The notes under the pieces were generated by a model, which saw only the letters and a program-made list of their open reading frames with translations, had not been told where the DNA came from and did no database searches. Source: Oscillospiraceae bacterium (lineage in GTDB: Bacteria > Bacillota > Clostridia > Oscillospirales > CAG-382). Taken from it: a stretch of 64,000 nt of DNA. The stretch lies in the NCBI GenBank assembly GCA_015063885.1, contig SVTH01000001.1:91182-155181 (forward strand), read 5' to 3'. How positions within the stretch are numbered: position 1 is the first letter of the stretch; each line of letters starts with the position of its first letter. The position numbers and the translations under genes are program-made. Below, piece by piece: positions 7,216 to 15,092 of the stretch.

Positions 7216-9348
7216 TCATTCCGCAATATACTTCACGGTGTATACCGTCTCCCCGTCCTTGTTCATCAGCTTGATCAGCGCAAACCGTTCTCCCTTGTCC
7301 GTAAAGGATTCCAAACGGCACCCCGCCAAAAAGCTTTCCCAATCCTTCTTCTCCACGGTGGTGGAGGGCACACCGAAGATCGTATGATCCCCCGTCTGAT
7401 AGGGAGCGGCGAAATACCGATCCAACGGCATGATCTTCATATAGTCTCTGCTGATCAAAGAGGAACGGCTGAACCACTCCACCGATTGGATCCGGTAGCT
7501 CTTTTCGAAGAAAGCCGTCAGCCCTTTCTCCTCCAGCCACGCCAATGTGGCCAGATCCTCTTGGTAAACGAATACGGGATCCTTCACGTAAGCGTCATCG
7601 TATTCACTGCCGTAGTAATTCAGCCAGATCACTCCCAGGCATTCTTGGGCAGGATGATACCGCTGCAGGTAAGTCTTCTTGCCTCTGTCCTCCAGAATAC
7701 GCTCCACAAGCTCTTTCTTTTCCTCTACGGTCAGCGTCAGCACCTCCGCAAAGGAAAGCATATTGTCGGAGATGGCAAACTCCGTCCCCTCTGTGGCGTT
7801 GTGCATCAGGAACTCTCTCTCAAGCTCCCGTAATGCCTCCGTATCTCCCAACCGCAGGGTCTCAAACAGGGTGGAAAGCTTTACCGCGGTATAACAGCGC
7901 TTGATCTCTCTGCCGTCCTTCATTTGGTAGATCACGTTGAAGTCCGCATACACGGCGCTGTCCTCGTAGACTTCTCCTTCCTTGACCCAATGGGAGCCGT
8001 CCTCCGCCAAGAGCTTGTGGACCTCCAACGCCTTGCGGATGTCCGTCTCGCTTTCCAGCAAAGGAAGATACTGATCGTCCACCATGGTGGAGTGAAGCAG
8101 ATCCCCGTACCATTGCTCACTGTGATCTCCGTTGACGGTGAAATCCCCCTTGAAGGTCATTCTCACCCATTGGATCTCCTCCGGGGCGGGAACGGCGGTA
8201 CCGTACCCCAAGGGATCGGCATACAGCACCAAGGCCGTAAGCCCCATGCCCGCCAGGGTACAGCCCGTCACGGCAAGACCCTTCCAAAGCTTGCGAAGGC
8301 TTCCCGCAAACAACGCCCAAAGGGTCACGCAGGCGATCAGCGCCACGCCCAACGCCCAGAAGAAGCCCTCAAGGGTGCCGAAGAAGGGGAGCGCCAAACC
8401 CGCGGCGGAAAGGGTGAGGATCACCGTGCAAACTAAGGTAAGGACGGGATTGCCTCCCGGCTTGCCGTCGTATTCCGACCTCCGTACGCGGAGCAGAACG
8501 CATCCCAGGGCCGCAAGGAACAGCGATACCACCCCCATCAGGATCACGGGGAGCAGGCAAGGCTCCAGATATCCTTCCGGCGCATTGGGACTGTTTGTTA
8601 CCAGGTAGTCGCCCAGCACTTTCCCGAAGATCCCGTCCGCAGACAGGGTATAATGCTCGTCGAACAGATTGAAAAAAGAATTGCCCGCGTTGTAGACCTC
8701 CCGCATAGGGTAGGGGAACCCCCGCAGGAAGGTGGCGCACATCCCGCCGAAGAACAAAAGCAATCCCTTTGCCCCAAACAAAAACGTAGCGCACACCCCG
8801 AAGAAATCGCTTTTCCTCCCGCAAACCACCGCCGCCAGAACCGCTACGGTGTAAGCAAAGAGGATCGTCATCCCCAGGGTCAACAGCAGGATCGCTGTAT
8901 CCGTACCCATAGGGAACCCATGGTCGGTATTGCTGCCGCCCAAAACCAGCAAAAGAGAAAAGCTGATCAGCGCAGGCACCAGAACGGAAACCAACCCGAA
9001 CACGTACCGTACCACGAACAACTGTAAGCGGGAGACCCCGGTCAACAGCATCACCGCCGCGCTTTTCTTTTGGAACAAAAAGCCGAACATCACCAAGGCG
9101 GAGATCACGGCCACCAGAAAGGCGCCGTAGGGGAACAGCTCCCACACCTCCGAGGCGGCAAACCGAAAGGTAAGCTGTGCCGTGATACTGTTCAAACGGG
9201 AAAGATCCTGTATCTCTAAGATCTCAAACCCCAAAAATCCCACGCCGGTGAGCAACAGCATCACCAAAGGAAGCCAGAAATACCGCTTCACGGTGGAAAG
9301 GATCAAATGCCGCAAGGGGTTATTTTGCGAAAATGCCTTCAATTTCAT
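7216..9348 (-). CDS. ABC-transporter-associated permease-like membrane protein with a large C-terminal soluble domain
   Basis: 710 aa. About 10 hydrophobic helices in the first ~400 aa, then a ~300-aa non-hydrophobic domain. The start overlaps the end of the ABC ATPase gene by 29 nt, suggesting translational coupling. Confidence 0.6.
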   Translation of the reverse strand: MKLKAFSQNNPLRHLILSTVKRYFWLPLVMLLLTGVGFLGFEILEIQDLSRLNSITAQLTFRFAASEVWELFPYGAFLVAVISALVMFGFLFQKKSAAVMLLTGVSRLQLFVVRYVFGLVSVLVPALISFSLLLVLGGSNTDHGFPMGTDTAILLLTLGMTILFAYTVAVLAAVVCGRKSDFFGVCATFLFGAKGLLLFFGGMCATFLRGFPYPMREVYNAGNSFFNLFDEHYTLSADGIFGKVLGDYLVTNSPNAPEGYLEPCLLPVILMGVVSLFLAALGCVLLRVRRSEYDGKPGGNPVLTLVCTVILTLSAAGLALPFFGTLEGFFWALGVALIACVTLWALFAGSLRKLWKGLAVTGCTLAGMGLTALVLYADPLGYGTAVPAPEEIQWVRMTFKGDFTVNGDHSEQWYGDLLHSTMVDDQYLPLLESETDIRKALEVHKLLAEDGSHWVKEGEVYEDSAVYADFNVIYQMKDGREIKRCYTAVKLSTLFETLRLGDTEALRELEREFLMHNATEGTEFAISDNMLSFAEVLTLTVEEKKELVERILEDRGKKTYLQRYHPAQECLGVIWLNYYGSEYDDAYVKDPVFVYQEDLATLAWLEEKGLTAFFEKSYRIQSVEWFSRSSLISRDYMKIMPLDRYFAAPYQTGDHTIFGVPSTTVEKKDWESFLAGCRLESFTDKGERFALIKLMNKDGETVYTVKYIAE

Positions 9349-10231
9349 TGTCTTCCTCCTTCGTCTCGTAAATAAAGATCTCGTTGAGCGTCATGCCGTA
9401 AGCCTCGAACAAAAACAGCTCTCCCGCCTTCCCAAAGGCGTCTCTCAATTTCTCCTCCGGCTCCTCGCTCTGGAAGGTGTAGATATTCCCTTCCTTCCGT
9501 AAGAACTTGAACGAAAGCCCCGCCAAGGGATCCTTCTCGGTATTCACCGCCGCGCGGTACTTCTTCACCCGTCCCTTGATCTCTTCAATGGGCTTGGAAT
9601 ACAAAAGCTGCTTCCCGTTGAGCATCCCCACGGTGTCACAGATGTTTTCCAGCTCGTAAAGGTTGTGGGAAGCCGCCACCACGGTGGATTCCGTCTCTGC
9701 GATGTATTCCGCCAGAAGATTGCTCACCACCGTTCTCACGTTGGGGTCCAGCCCGTCAAAGCTTTCGTCCAAAAGAAGATACCGCGGGCGGGAGGCCAGC
9801 CCCATGATCATGGCGGCCTGCCGCTTCATGCCCTTGGAAAAATCTCCGATCCTCTTCTCGGGATCCAGCCCGAACAGCTTCACCAGCTCCGAAAAGCTGT
9901 TGTCGCTCCAATTGGGGTAGAACCCCTTGTAGAAATCCCGCATGGTCACCAGATCGGCCCCGGGAAAGTAATAAGGGTTATCCGTTACGTAGAACAGAGA
10001 CCGCTTCACTAAGGGATCGTCAAAGGGATCCCGCAGATCCTCCCCGACGTCCAGAAGCACCTCTCCTCCCGTGGGACGGTAAAGCCCCGAGACGATATTC
10101 AGCAGGGTGGTCTTCCCCGCACCGTTATACCCGATCAGCCCGTAAATGGAGCAATCCTCCATCTCCAGGGTGATATCCTTCAAAATTTCCGTCTTGCCGT
10201 AGGATTTGCAAACACGGTTCAGCCGGATCAT
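9320..10231 (-). CDS. ABC transporter ATP-binding protein
   Basis: 303 aa. Walker A GYNGAGKTT, signature FSKGMKRQ, Walker B LLLDESFDGLD. Confidence 0.9.
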   Translation of the reverse strand: MIRLNRVCKSYGKTEILKDITLEMEDCSIYGLIGYNGAGKTTLLNIVSGLYRPTGGEVLLDVGEDLRDPFDDPLVKRSLFYVTDNPYYFPGADLVTMRDFYKGFYPNWSDNSFSELVKLFGLDPEKRIGDFSKGMKRQAAMIMGLASRPRYLLLDESFDGLDPNVRTVVSNLLAEYIAETESTVVAASHNLYELENICDTVGMLNGKQLLYSKPIEEIKGRVKKYRAAVNTEKDPLAGLSFKFLRKEGNIYTFQSEEPEEKLRDAFGKAGELFLFEAYGMTLNEIFIYETKEEDNEIEGIFAK

Positions 10232-10599
10232 TTCATTTCCTCCTCGTAAAGATTTTGTACCATCTTCATAGCCTCTTCTTTTGTGATCCCTGCGGATCTT
10301 GCCTGCCGCAGCGCTTCGGTCAGACCTGCTTCCGCCTTTTTCAGGACCATGGGGTTACGGATGGCGGAATCGGCAATATAACTGCCGCTCCCCACCACGG
10401 TGGTGATGACACCGTCCCGCTCCAGCTCCCCAAACACCTTTTTCACGGTGTTGATGTTCAAATGCACCTCCGCGGAGATGACGCGGAGAGAGGGAAGCTT
10501 ATCTCCCGGGCGCAAAGCACCGCTTGAGATCAGCGCAAGGATCTGCGTTTTGATCTGCTCGTAAATGGGCACTCTGCTCCGGTTGTCGATTACAAACAT
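10228..10599 (-). CDS. GntR-family (YtrA-subfamily size) transcriptional regulator
   Basis: Track ORF trimmed to ATG 10599 (MFVIDNRSRVPIYEQIK...). Winged-HTH block LPSLRVISAEVHLNINTVKKVFGELERDG. 123 aa is typical of YtrA-like regulators. 4-nt overlap with the ABC ATPase gene. Confidence 0.85.
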   Translation of the reverse strand: MFVIDNRSRVPIYEQIKTQILALISSGALRPGDKLPSLRVISAEVHLNINTVKKVFGELERDGVITTVVGSGSYIADSAIRNPMVLKKAEAGLTEALRQARSAGITKEEAMKMVQNLYEEEMK

Positions 10600-10620
10600 T
10601 TCCGTACCTCGAAAAAACAA

Positions 10621-10647
10621 AAGTGTGCTACTTCGAATAGCACACTT
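10621..10647. promoter_or_regulatory. Putative GntR operator
   Basis: aagtgtgcta / tagcacactt: 10-bp perfect inverted arms, 7-nt spacer, between the -10 box and the gntR start. Confidence 0.55.
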
Positions 10648-10676
10648 AGCATAACACCCTTTTTCCAGTTTGTCAA
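10648..10676 (-). promoter_or_regulatory. Sigma-A promoter of the gntR-ABC operon
   Basis: Minus strand: TTGACA (10676-10671), 17 nt, TATGCT (10653-10648). Confidence 0.6.
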
Positions 10677-10743
10677 GAGGAAAACAAAAAATATTTTTTC
10701 TCACGCAAACGGCAGTTTGCGGTATTAGGTTTCTTTGGAGATT

Positions 10744-10781
10744 CTTAAGAACCTTTCTTTTCTTAAAGAAAGGTTCTTAAG
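10744..10781. repeat. Perfect AT-rich palindrome, CTTAAG family copy 3
   Basis: cttaagaacctttcttt / aaagaaaggttcttaag: 17-bp perfect arms, 4-nt loop. Confidence 0.7.
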
Positions 10782-10824
10782 CCGTTCTCCCTCCGCATAC
10801 AATGTCCCGAGAGGAGTGAGCCTT

Positions 10825-11490
10825 ATGATGCGCCACCGTATCCGTAAGCTGAAACGAAACCTGTGTATCCTGCTGTTGTTGCTCCTGGCATTGTGCCTTT
10901 GGATCCGCCACCTGCGTTCCGAGGAGGATCTGCCTCCCGCCGCAAGCCCCGTGCTGTCCGTGGAAGACGCCTCCGCCTGTACCGTCTCCCTGTCGCTGAC
11001 GGGGAGGGAAGGGGAGACTGCCCTGCGCCTGTTCACCTCCGTCTGCGAGGGCACGGGGATCACCCCCTGCGTCTTCGTCACTACGGAGTGGCTGGAGGAA
11101 AACGGCGACCTTCTTCCCCTTCTGTCGGGCACCACCCTGGGCTTGCTCTACGAGGATTCCCCCAAGCGCTTCACTCAAAAGCGCACCATGGCCTATATGG
11201 CGGAGGAGAACCAACGCTTTATGTCCTATACGGGCTTTTTCCCACGTTACGTCCGCTTGGCGGAAGGACAGAACAGCAAGACCGTCTCCGCCGCCCTCCA
11301 AGCCTACGGACAGCTCTCCCTGGGGAGCAGTCAGACCCTTTCCGACCCTCCTGCGGGAGGCGCCATCGTGGAATGCGGCTTCCTGGACGGCACCACGGGC
11401 TACCTCCTTGCCAAATTCTACGGCGAAGCCTTAGCGGCAGAATGCCCCATCGTCCCCCTGGAGACTCTGTTAAACGGGGAAGAAGCCTGA
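10825..11490 (+). CDS. Membrane-anchored hypothetical protein
   Basis: Track ORF trimmed to ATG 10825, preceded by AGGAG. N-terminal basic stretch plus hydrophobic helix (LCILLLLLLALCLWI). No catalytic motif recognised. Confidence 0.5.
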   Translation: MMRHRIRKLKRNLCILLLLLLALCLWIRHLRSEEDLPPAASPVLSVEDASACTVSLSLTGREGETALRLFTSVCEGTGITPCVFVTTEWLEENGDLLPLLSGTTLGLLYEDSPKRFTQKRTMAYMAEENQRFMSYTGFFPRYVRLAEGQNSKTVSAALQAYGQLSLGSSQTLSDPPAGGAIVECGFLDGTTGYLLAKFYGEALAAECPIVPLETLLNGEEA

Positions 11491-11497
11491 CCTGCCA

Positions 11498-11526
11498 TTG
11501 ACAATCCCTTCTTTCGGTGGTATACT
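11498..11526 (+). promoter_or_regulatory. Sigma-A promoter
   Basis: TTGACA, 17 nt, TATACT with an upstream TGG. Confidence 0.6.
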
Positions 11527-11556
11527 GTTCCCATCAACGAAAAGAAGGATACCTCC

Positions 11557-12318
11557 ATGGACTTGAAAAGCCAAACGATCTCCATCCTGGGAGACAGCAT
11601 CTCCACCTATACCGACGTGTCAAACGGCGCCGCCGCAGATCATACCAATTCCACCATCCGCAACAACGTTCTGTATTATACCCCCGGCACCTGGGGCGTT
11701 TATCTGGAGGACACCTGGTGGCACAAAGCCTTTTCCCGATTGGGACTGACGCTGTTGGTGAACAATTCCTGGAGCGGCTCCTGCCTGCTGAATCCCCGCT
11801 TCGGTACCGTGGGCGCCTACGCAGACCGTTGCGTTCAGCTCCATAACGATTATACCGGGGAAGAGCCGGACAATATCGCCATCTTTATGGGTACCAACGA
11901 TTACAGCCATTTCGGAGCCACCCTGGGCACGGCGGAAGAGATCGACTACTCCGCCCTTATCACCGAGACCCCGGAAGGGACCGCCTACAAGGAGCCTATT
12001 ACCTCTTGCGAGGCCTACGCCATTATCCTGGATAAGATCCGCAAGCGCTATCCCCATGCCAAGGTGTATTGCCTTTCCCTCCTGCCCCGCAAGGAAGGGA
12101 ACCCGGAGGGCCTGCCCCAGCCCGTTTCTTTCAACCAAAGCCTTGCTTCCATCAACGCCCGTTTCGGGTGCACCACGGTGGATCTGTATTCCCACGGCAT
12201 TTCCCCCGCAGAGGAGGAATTCAACACCTATTTTGCGGATTCCCGCGTCCATCCCGGGGTCAAGGGCATGGCCTTTATTGCTGGGCGCTTCGAGCAAGCC
12301 TTCGTGCAGGAAAAATAA
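11557..12318 (+). CDS. SGNH/GDSL-family hydrolase
   Basis: 253 aa. Block I ISILGDSISTY (GDS nucleophile), block III GTND, C-terminal DSRVHP (Asp-x-x-His). Confidence 0.8.
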   Translation: MDLKSQTISILGDSISTYTDVSNGAAADHTNSTIRNNVLYYTPGTWGVYLEDTWWHKAFSRLGLTLLVNNSWSGSCLLNPRFGTVGAYADRCVQLHNDYTGEEPDNIAIFMGTNDYSHFGATLGTAEEIDYSALITETPEGTAYKEPITSCEAYAIILDKIRKRYPHAKVYCLSLLPRKEGNPEGLPQPVSFNQSLASINARFGCTTVDLYSHGISPAEEEFNTYFADSRVHPGVKGMAFIAGRFEQAFVQEK

Positions 12319-12339
12319 CCGTTTTTTCACCGCCGAAAA

Positions 12340-12368
12340 TTGACAAACCGAAAACGCCGTGCTATAAT
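12340..12368 (+). promoter_or_regulatory. Sigma-A promoter with extended -10
   Basis: TTGACA (12340-12345), 17 nt, TGcTATAAT (12360-12368). Confidence 0.65.
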
Positions 12369-12408
12369 ACGAAGAACGGATCACGTTTTTCAAAAGAAAG
12401 GTGTTACC

Positions 12409-12702
12409 ATGGCAGATAAAGAATTGCGCAAGCTCAGCAGAAGTGAGCTGGTGGACATCATTTACCAATTGAAAAAGAACGAGCAGAAACTGCTGGAAGA
12501 AAACGCCGAGCTGAAGCGCCGCTTAGAGGACCGCGAGATCAAGGTGGCGAAGGTAGGCTCCCTGGCGGAAGCCGCCCTGGCCCTTTCCGATATCTTCCAA
12601 GCGGCGGAGGAATCCGTTGCCCTCTACGTGGAGGAGATCAACCGCCGCCACGCCGCTTTGACCGAGGAAAAAGACGACTCTGCGGAGCCGCAAGCGGATT
12701 AA
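12409..12702 (+). CDS. Small coiled-coil protein, unknown function
   Basis: Track ORF trimmed to ATG 12409 (MADKELRKLSRSELVDIIYQLKKNEQKLLEENAELKRRLE...). Heptad-like charged sequence. Confidence 0.5.
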   Translation: MADKELRKLSRSELVDIIYQLKKNEQKLLEENAELKRRLEDREIKVAKVGSLAEAALALSDIFQAAEESVALYVEEINRRHAALTEEKDDSAEPQAD

Positions 12703-12754
12703 ACTCTCCCTTTCCGCAAAAACAATGGGAAATCAAGCTAAGAAGGTGTAAGAA

Positions 12755-13933
12755 ATGACTTACGAAACTCCTTCCCGGGCCGCCAAGCGACTTGGGGTAA
12801 CCACCCGCGCCATTCAGAAATGGGCGGTGGAGGGAAGGATCCCCGGTGCAACCAAAATGGCAGGGAACTGGATGATCCCCGCCGATTTCACGGAGCCCGC
12901 CCCCAAGGGCGGAACGGCCCCTGCTGTCAATATTCCCATGCGGCAGAACAACTCCCTTTTGAACGTGGAGTTCAAGCCCGGGGAATGCCTTGCTTACGTG
13001 GAGTCTCTTACGGACGAGGACGAGAAGAAGCTTGCCTACGCAGAGTACTGCTATTACAGAGGCAAGCCGGAAGAGACCATCCGTATCGCCGAGAACTATA
13101 TCGGCCACGAAAATCCCTACCTGCGCACCACCGCGTGCCTGATGTATACCTTCGCCAACCTGAGCTGCGGCCATATCCATATGGCAAAGTTCTCCCTGGA
13201 CCTTCTGCAGCAGTTTTTCTCCAAGGTGGATGCGGTGGCCAAGATCCCGCAGATCCATTCCCAAAAGGTGTGGATCGGCCACGCCGCCACCACGCTTCTT
13301 CATCTTTCCGACGAAAACGTGGAGCCCTTGGAGGATTGGCTCCGCTACCTCCCCGGGGGTATGAAGATGTTCGCCTGCTATATCATCGCCCACAAAATGG
13401 TGCTGGAAAATAAATTCCAGGGCGCCCACGCCGTGGCGAAGATCGTCGTGGAGCTCAGCCCCGAGCACTATACCATCCCCATGATCTATTGCAAGATCAT
13501 CGACGCCGTCGCTCTGATGAATCTCAAGCGCGTGGAGGATGCGGAGAAACGGTTTATGGTCGCTTGGAACCTGGCCGCTCCCGATGGGTTCATCGAGCCC
13601 TTCGGAGAGCATTATCTCATGCTTCAGGGCATCGCGGAGCGCTGTCTCAAGAACAGCCAACCCGAGGCCTACAAAAAGATCTCCGATTGCGCCGCCGTGT
13701 TCAGCAAGCATTGGCGCACCCTTCACAACGAGATGACCGGCAACAACGTCAGCGGCGACCTCACCACCACCGAGTTCTCCATCGCCATGCTGTATACCCG
13801 GGGCTGGTCCGCCAAGGAGATCGCCGCCCACCTGGATATCTCGGTGCGAACGGTCTACCGCCATATTTCCAACATCTATGCCGTGCTGGGGATCCGCAGT
13901 GTGGCAGAGCTGAAGGAGTTTGTCTTAAAATAA
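12755..13933 (+). CDS. LuxR/GerE-type regulator with an extra N-terminal excisionase/MerR-like HTH
   Basis: 392 aa. N-terminus AAKRLGVTTRAIQKWAVEGRIPGATKMAGNWMIP, helical middle region, C-terminus TTTEFSIAMLYTRGWSAKEIAAHLDISVRTVYRHISNIYAVLG (LuxR HTH). Confidence 0.8.
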   Translation: MTYETPSRAAKRLGVTTRAIQKWAVEGRIPGATKMAGNWMIPADFTEPAPKGGTAPAVNIPMRQNNSLLNVEFKPGECLAYVESLTDEDEKKLAYAEYCYYRGKPEETIRIAENYIGHENPYLRTTACLMYTFANLSCGHIHMAKFSLDLLQQFFSKVDAVAKIPQIHSQKVWIGHAATTLLHLSDENVEPLEDWLRYLPGGMKMFACYIIAHKMVLENKFQGAHAVAKIVVELSPEHYTIPMIYCKIIDAVALMNLKRVEDAEKRFMVAWNLAAPDGFIEPFGEHYLMLQGIAERCLKNSQPEAYKKISDCAAVFSKHWRTLHNEMTGNNVSGDLTTTEFSIAMLYTRGWSAKEIAAHLDISVRTVYRHISNIYAVLGIRSVAELKEFVLK

Positions 13934-13968
13934 CGTCAAAATACTGCCAATTTTTTGGTACGAACAGT

Positions 13969-14019
13969 AAAAGCAACGCTTTCGTTCGGGGCAAATCCCG
14001 TCGGAAGTGTTGCTTTTTT
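13969..14019 (+). terminator. Long hairpin terminator after the LuxR gene
   Basis: aaaagcaac ... gttgctttt with an imperfect inner stem, then a T-run. Confidence 0.45.
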
Positions 14020-14180
14020 CTCTTTTTCGGCTTTTGCGGTGAAAATTTTTCGTTCCGCCTTTTTCGTTCGTATTGCGAACGATTCCTAAAAAAGGCAGTA
14101 AAAGACCCCCTCCGTTCCCTTGCGAAAAGCCCTGTTTTCGGTATAATAAAGCCATCAGCACAAGAAAGGCTCGGGAACGC

Positions 14181-14480
14181 ATGGCAGACCGTAAGATCCG
14201 CTGTTTTGAAATAGACGGCGACGTACTTGAAATCGAATACGTCTACGATCCCGAAACCGGACGCTGGCTCGGTAATTATCCCGTTTTCGTGGAAACGCCC
14301 CGCTATACTCCCGGCGGAAGACCCTGGAAGAACGTGTTCGAGTCCGAATGCAGCTTTTCCGATTCCGAGTTCGGAGATTGCGGCGGCTGCAGCCACTTCC
14401 GCAGAGAAGACCCTCTGGACGTGATAGCCGTTTGTTACTGCGAAGAATTGCGGGAGGTGCCCCATGGATCAGAACCGTGA
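14181..14480 (+). CDS. Small Cys-rich hypothetical protein
   Basis: Track ORF trimmed to ATG 14181 downstream of a TTGCGA..TATAAT promoter-like pair (14120-14147). Contains FGDCGGCSHF and VCYCEE. Overlaps the lepB start. Confidence 0.45.
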   Translation: MADRKIRCFEIDGDVLEIEYVYDPETGRWLGNYPVFVETPRYTPGGRPWKNVFESECSFSDSEFGDCGGCSHFRREDPLDVIAVCYCEELREVPHGSEP

Positions 14481-15057
14481 ACAAGACCGTGATCTGAACG
14501 TTCCCTCCTTGGAGGAGATCAACAAGGAGCGGAAGCGTATCCGACGCGGCTTCTACTACCGCAAAGCCATGAAGGGCACCGTTTCCGTGCTCATCGTGGT
14601 AGCCGCCGTGGCAGTGCTCATCGCAACCCTGTTCCTGCCCATCCTGCAGATCTCGGGAGACAGTATGTCGCCCACCTTTAAAGACGGCGAGATCGTGGTG
14701 CTGTTCAAAAGCAGCAACTTCGAAAGGGGAGACGTGATCGGCTTCTATTACCAGGGCAAGATCCTCTTAAAGCGAGTGATCGCCTGCCCGGGGGATACGG
14801 TGGTCATCGACGGCGAAGGCAACGTGTACGTCAACGCCCGGCTTCTGGAAGAGGACTACGTCAGCGAAAAGAGCCTGGGCGACTGCGACCTGGAATTCCC
14901 CTATACTGTTCCCGAGGAAAGTTATTTCGTCATGGGCGACCGCAGAAGCAATTCCGTAGACAGCCGCAACACCGCCATCGGCTGTATCCCCAAGGATCAG
15001 GTCATCGGCAGGGTATTCCTGAGAGTCTGGCCCTTAAACAGCTTTGATTTTATCTGA
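14464..15057 (+). CDS. lepB: Signal peptidase I, LepB (S26A) type
   Basis: 197 aa. N-terminal TM, catalytic Ser box SGDSMSPTF, Lys box LLKRVIACPGD, GDRRSNSVDSR. Confidence 0.85.
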   Translation: MDQNREQDRDLNVPSLEEINKERKRIRRGFYYRKAMKGTVSVLIVVAAVAVLIATLFLPILQISGDSMSPTFKDGEIVVLFKSSNFERGDVIGFYYQGKILLKRVIACPGDTVVIDGEGNVYVNARLLEEDYVSEKSLGDCDLEFPYTVPEESYFVMGDRRSNSVDSRNTAIGCIPKDQVIGRVFLRVWPLNSFDFI

Positions 15058-15092
15058 TACTTCGCATACGAGTACGGAAAGGAGGAACCACA

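Noticed and set aside
10825-11490. Polysaccharide deacetylase (NodB) assignment for the membrane-anchored protein.
   Set aside because: I could not find the TFDDG or H-x-x-x-H catalytic motifs in the translation. The assignment would be a guess.
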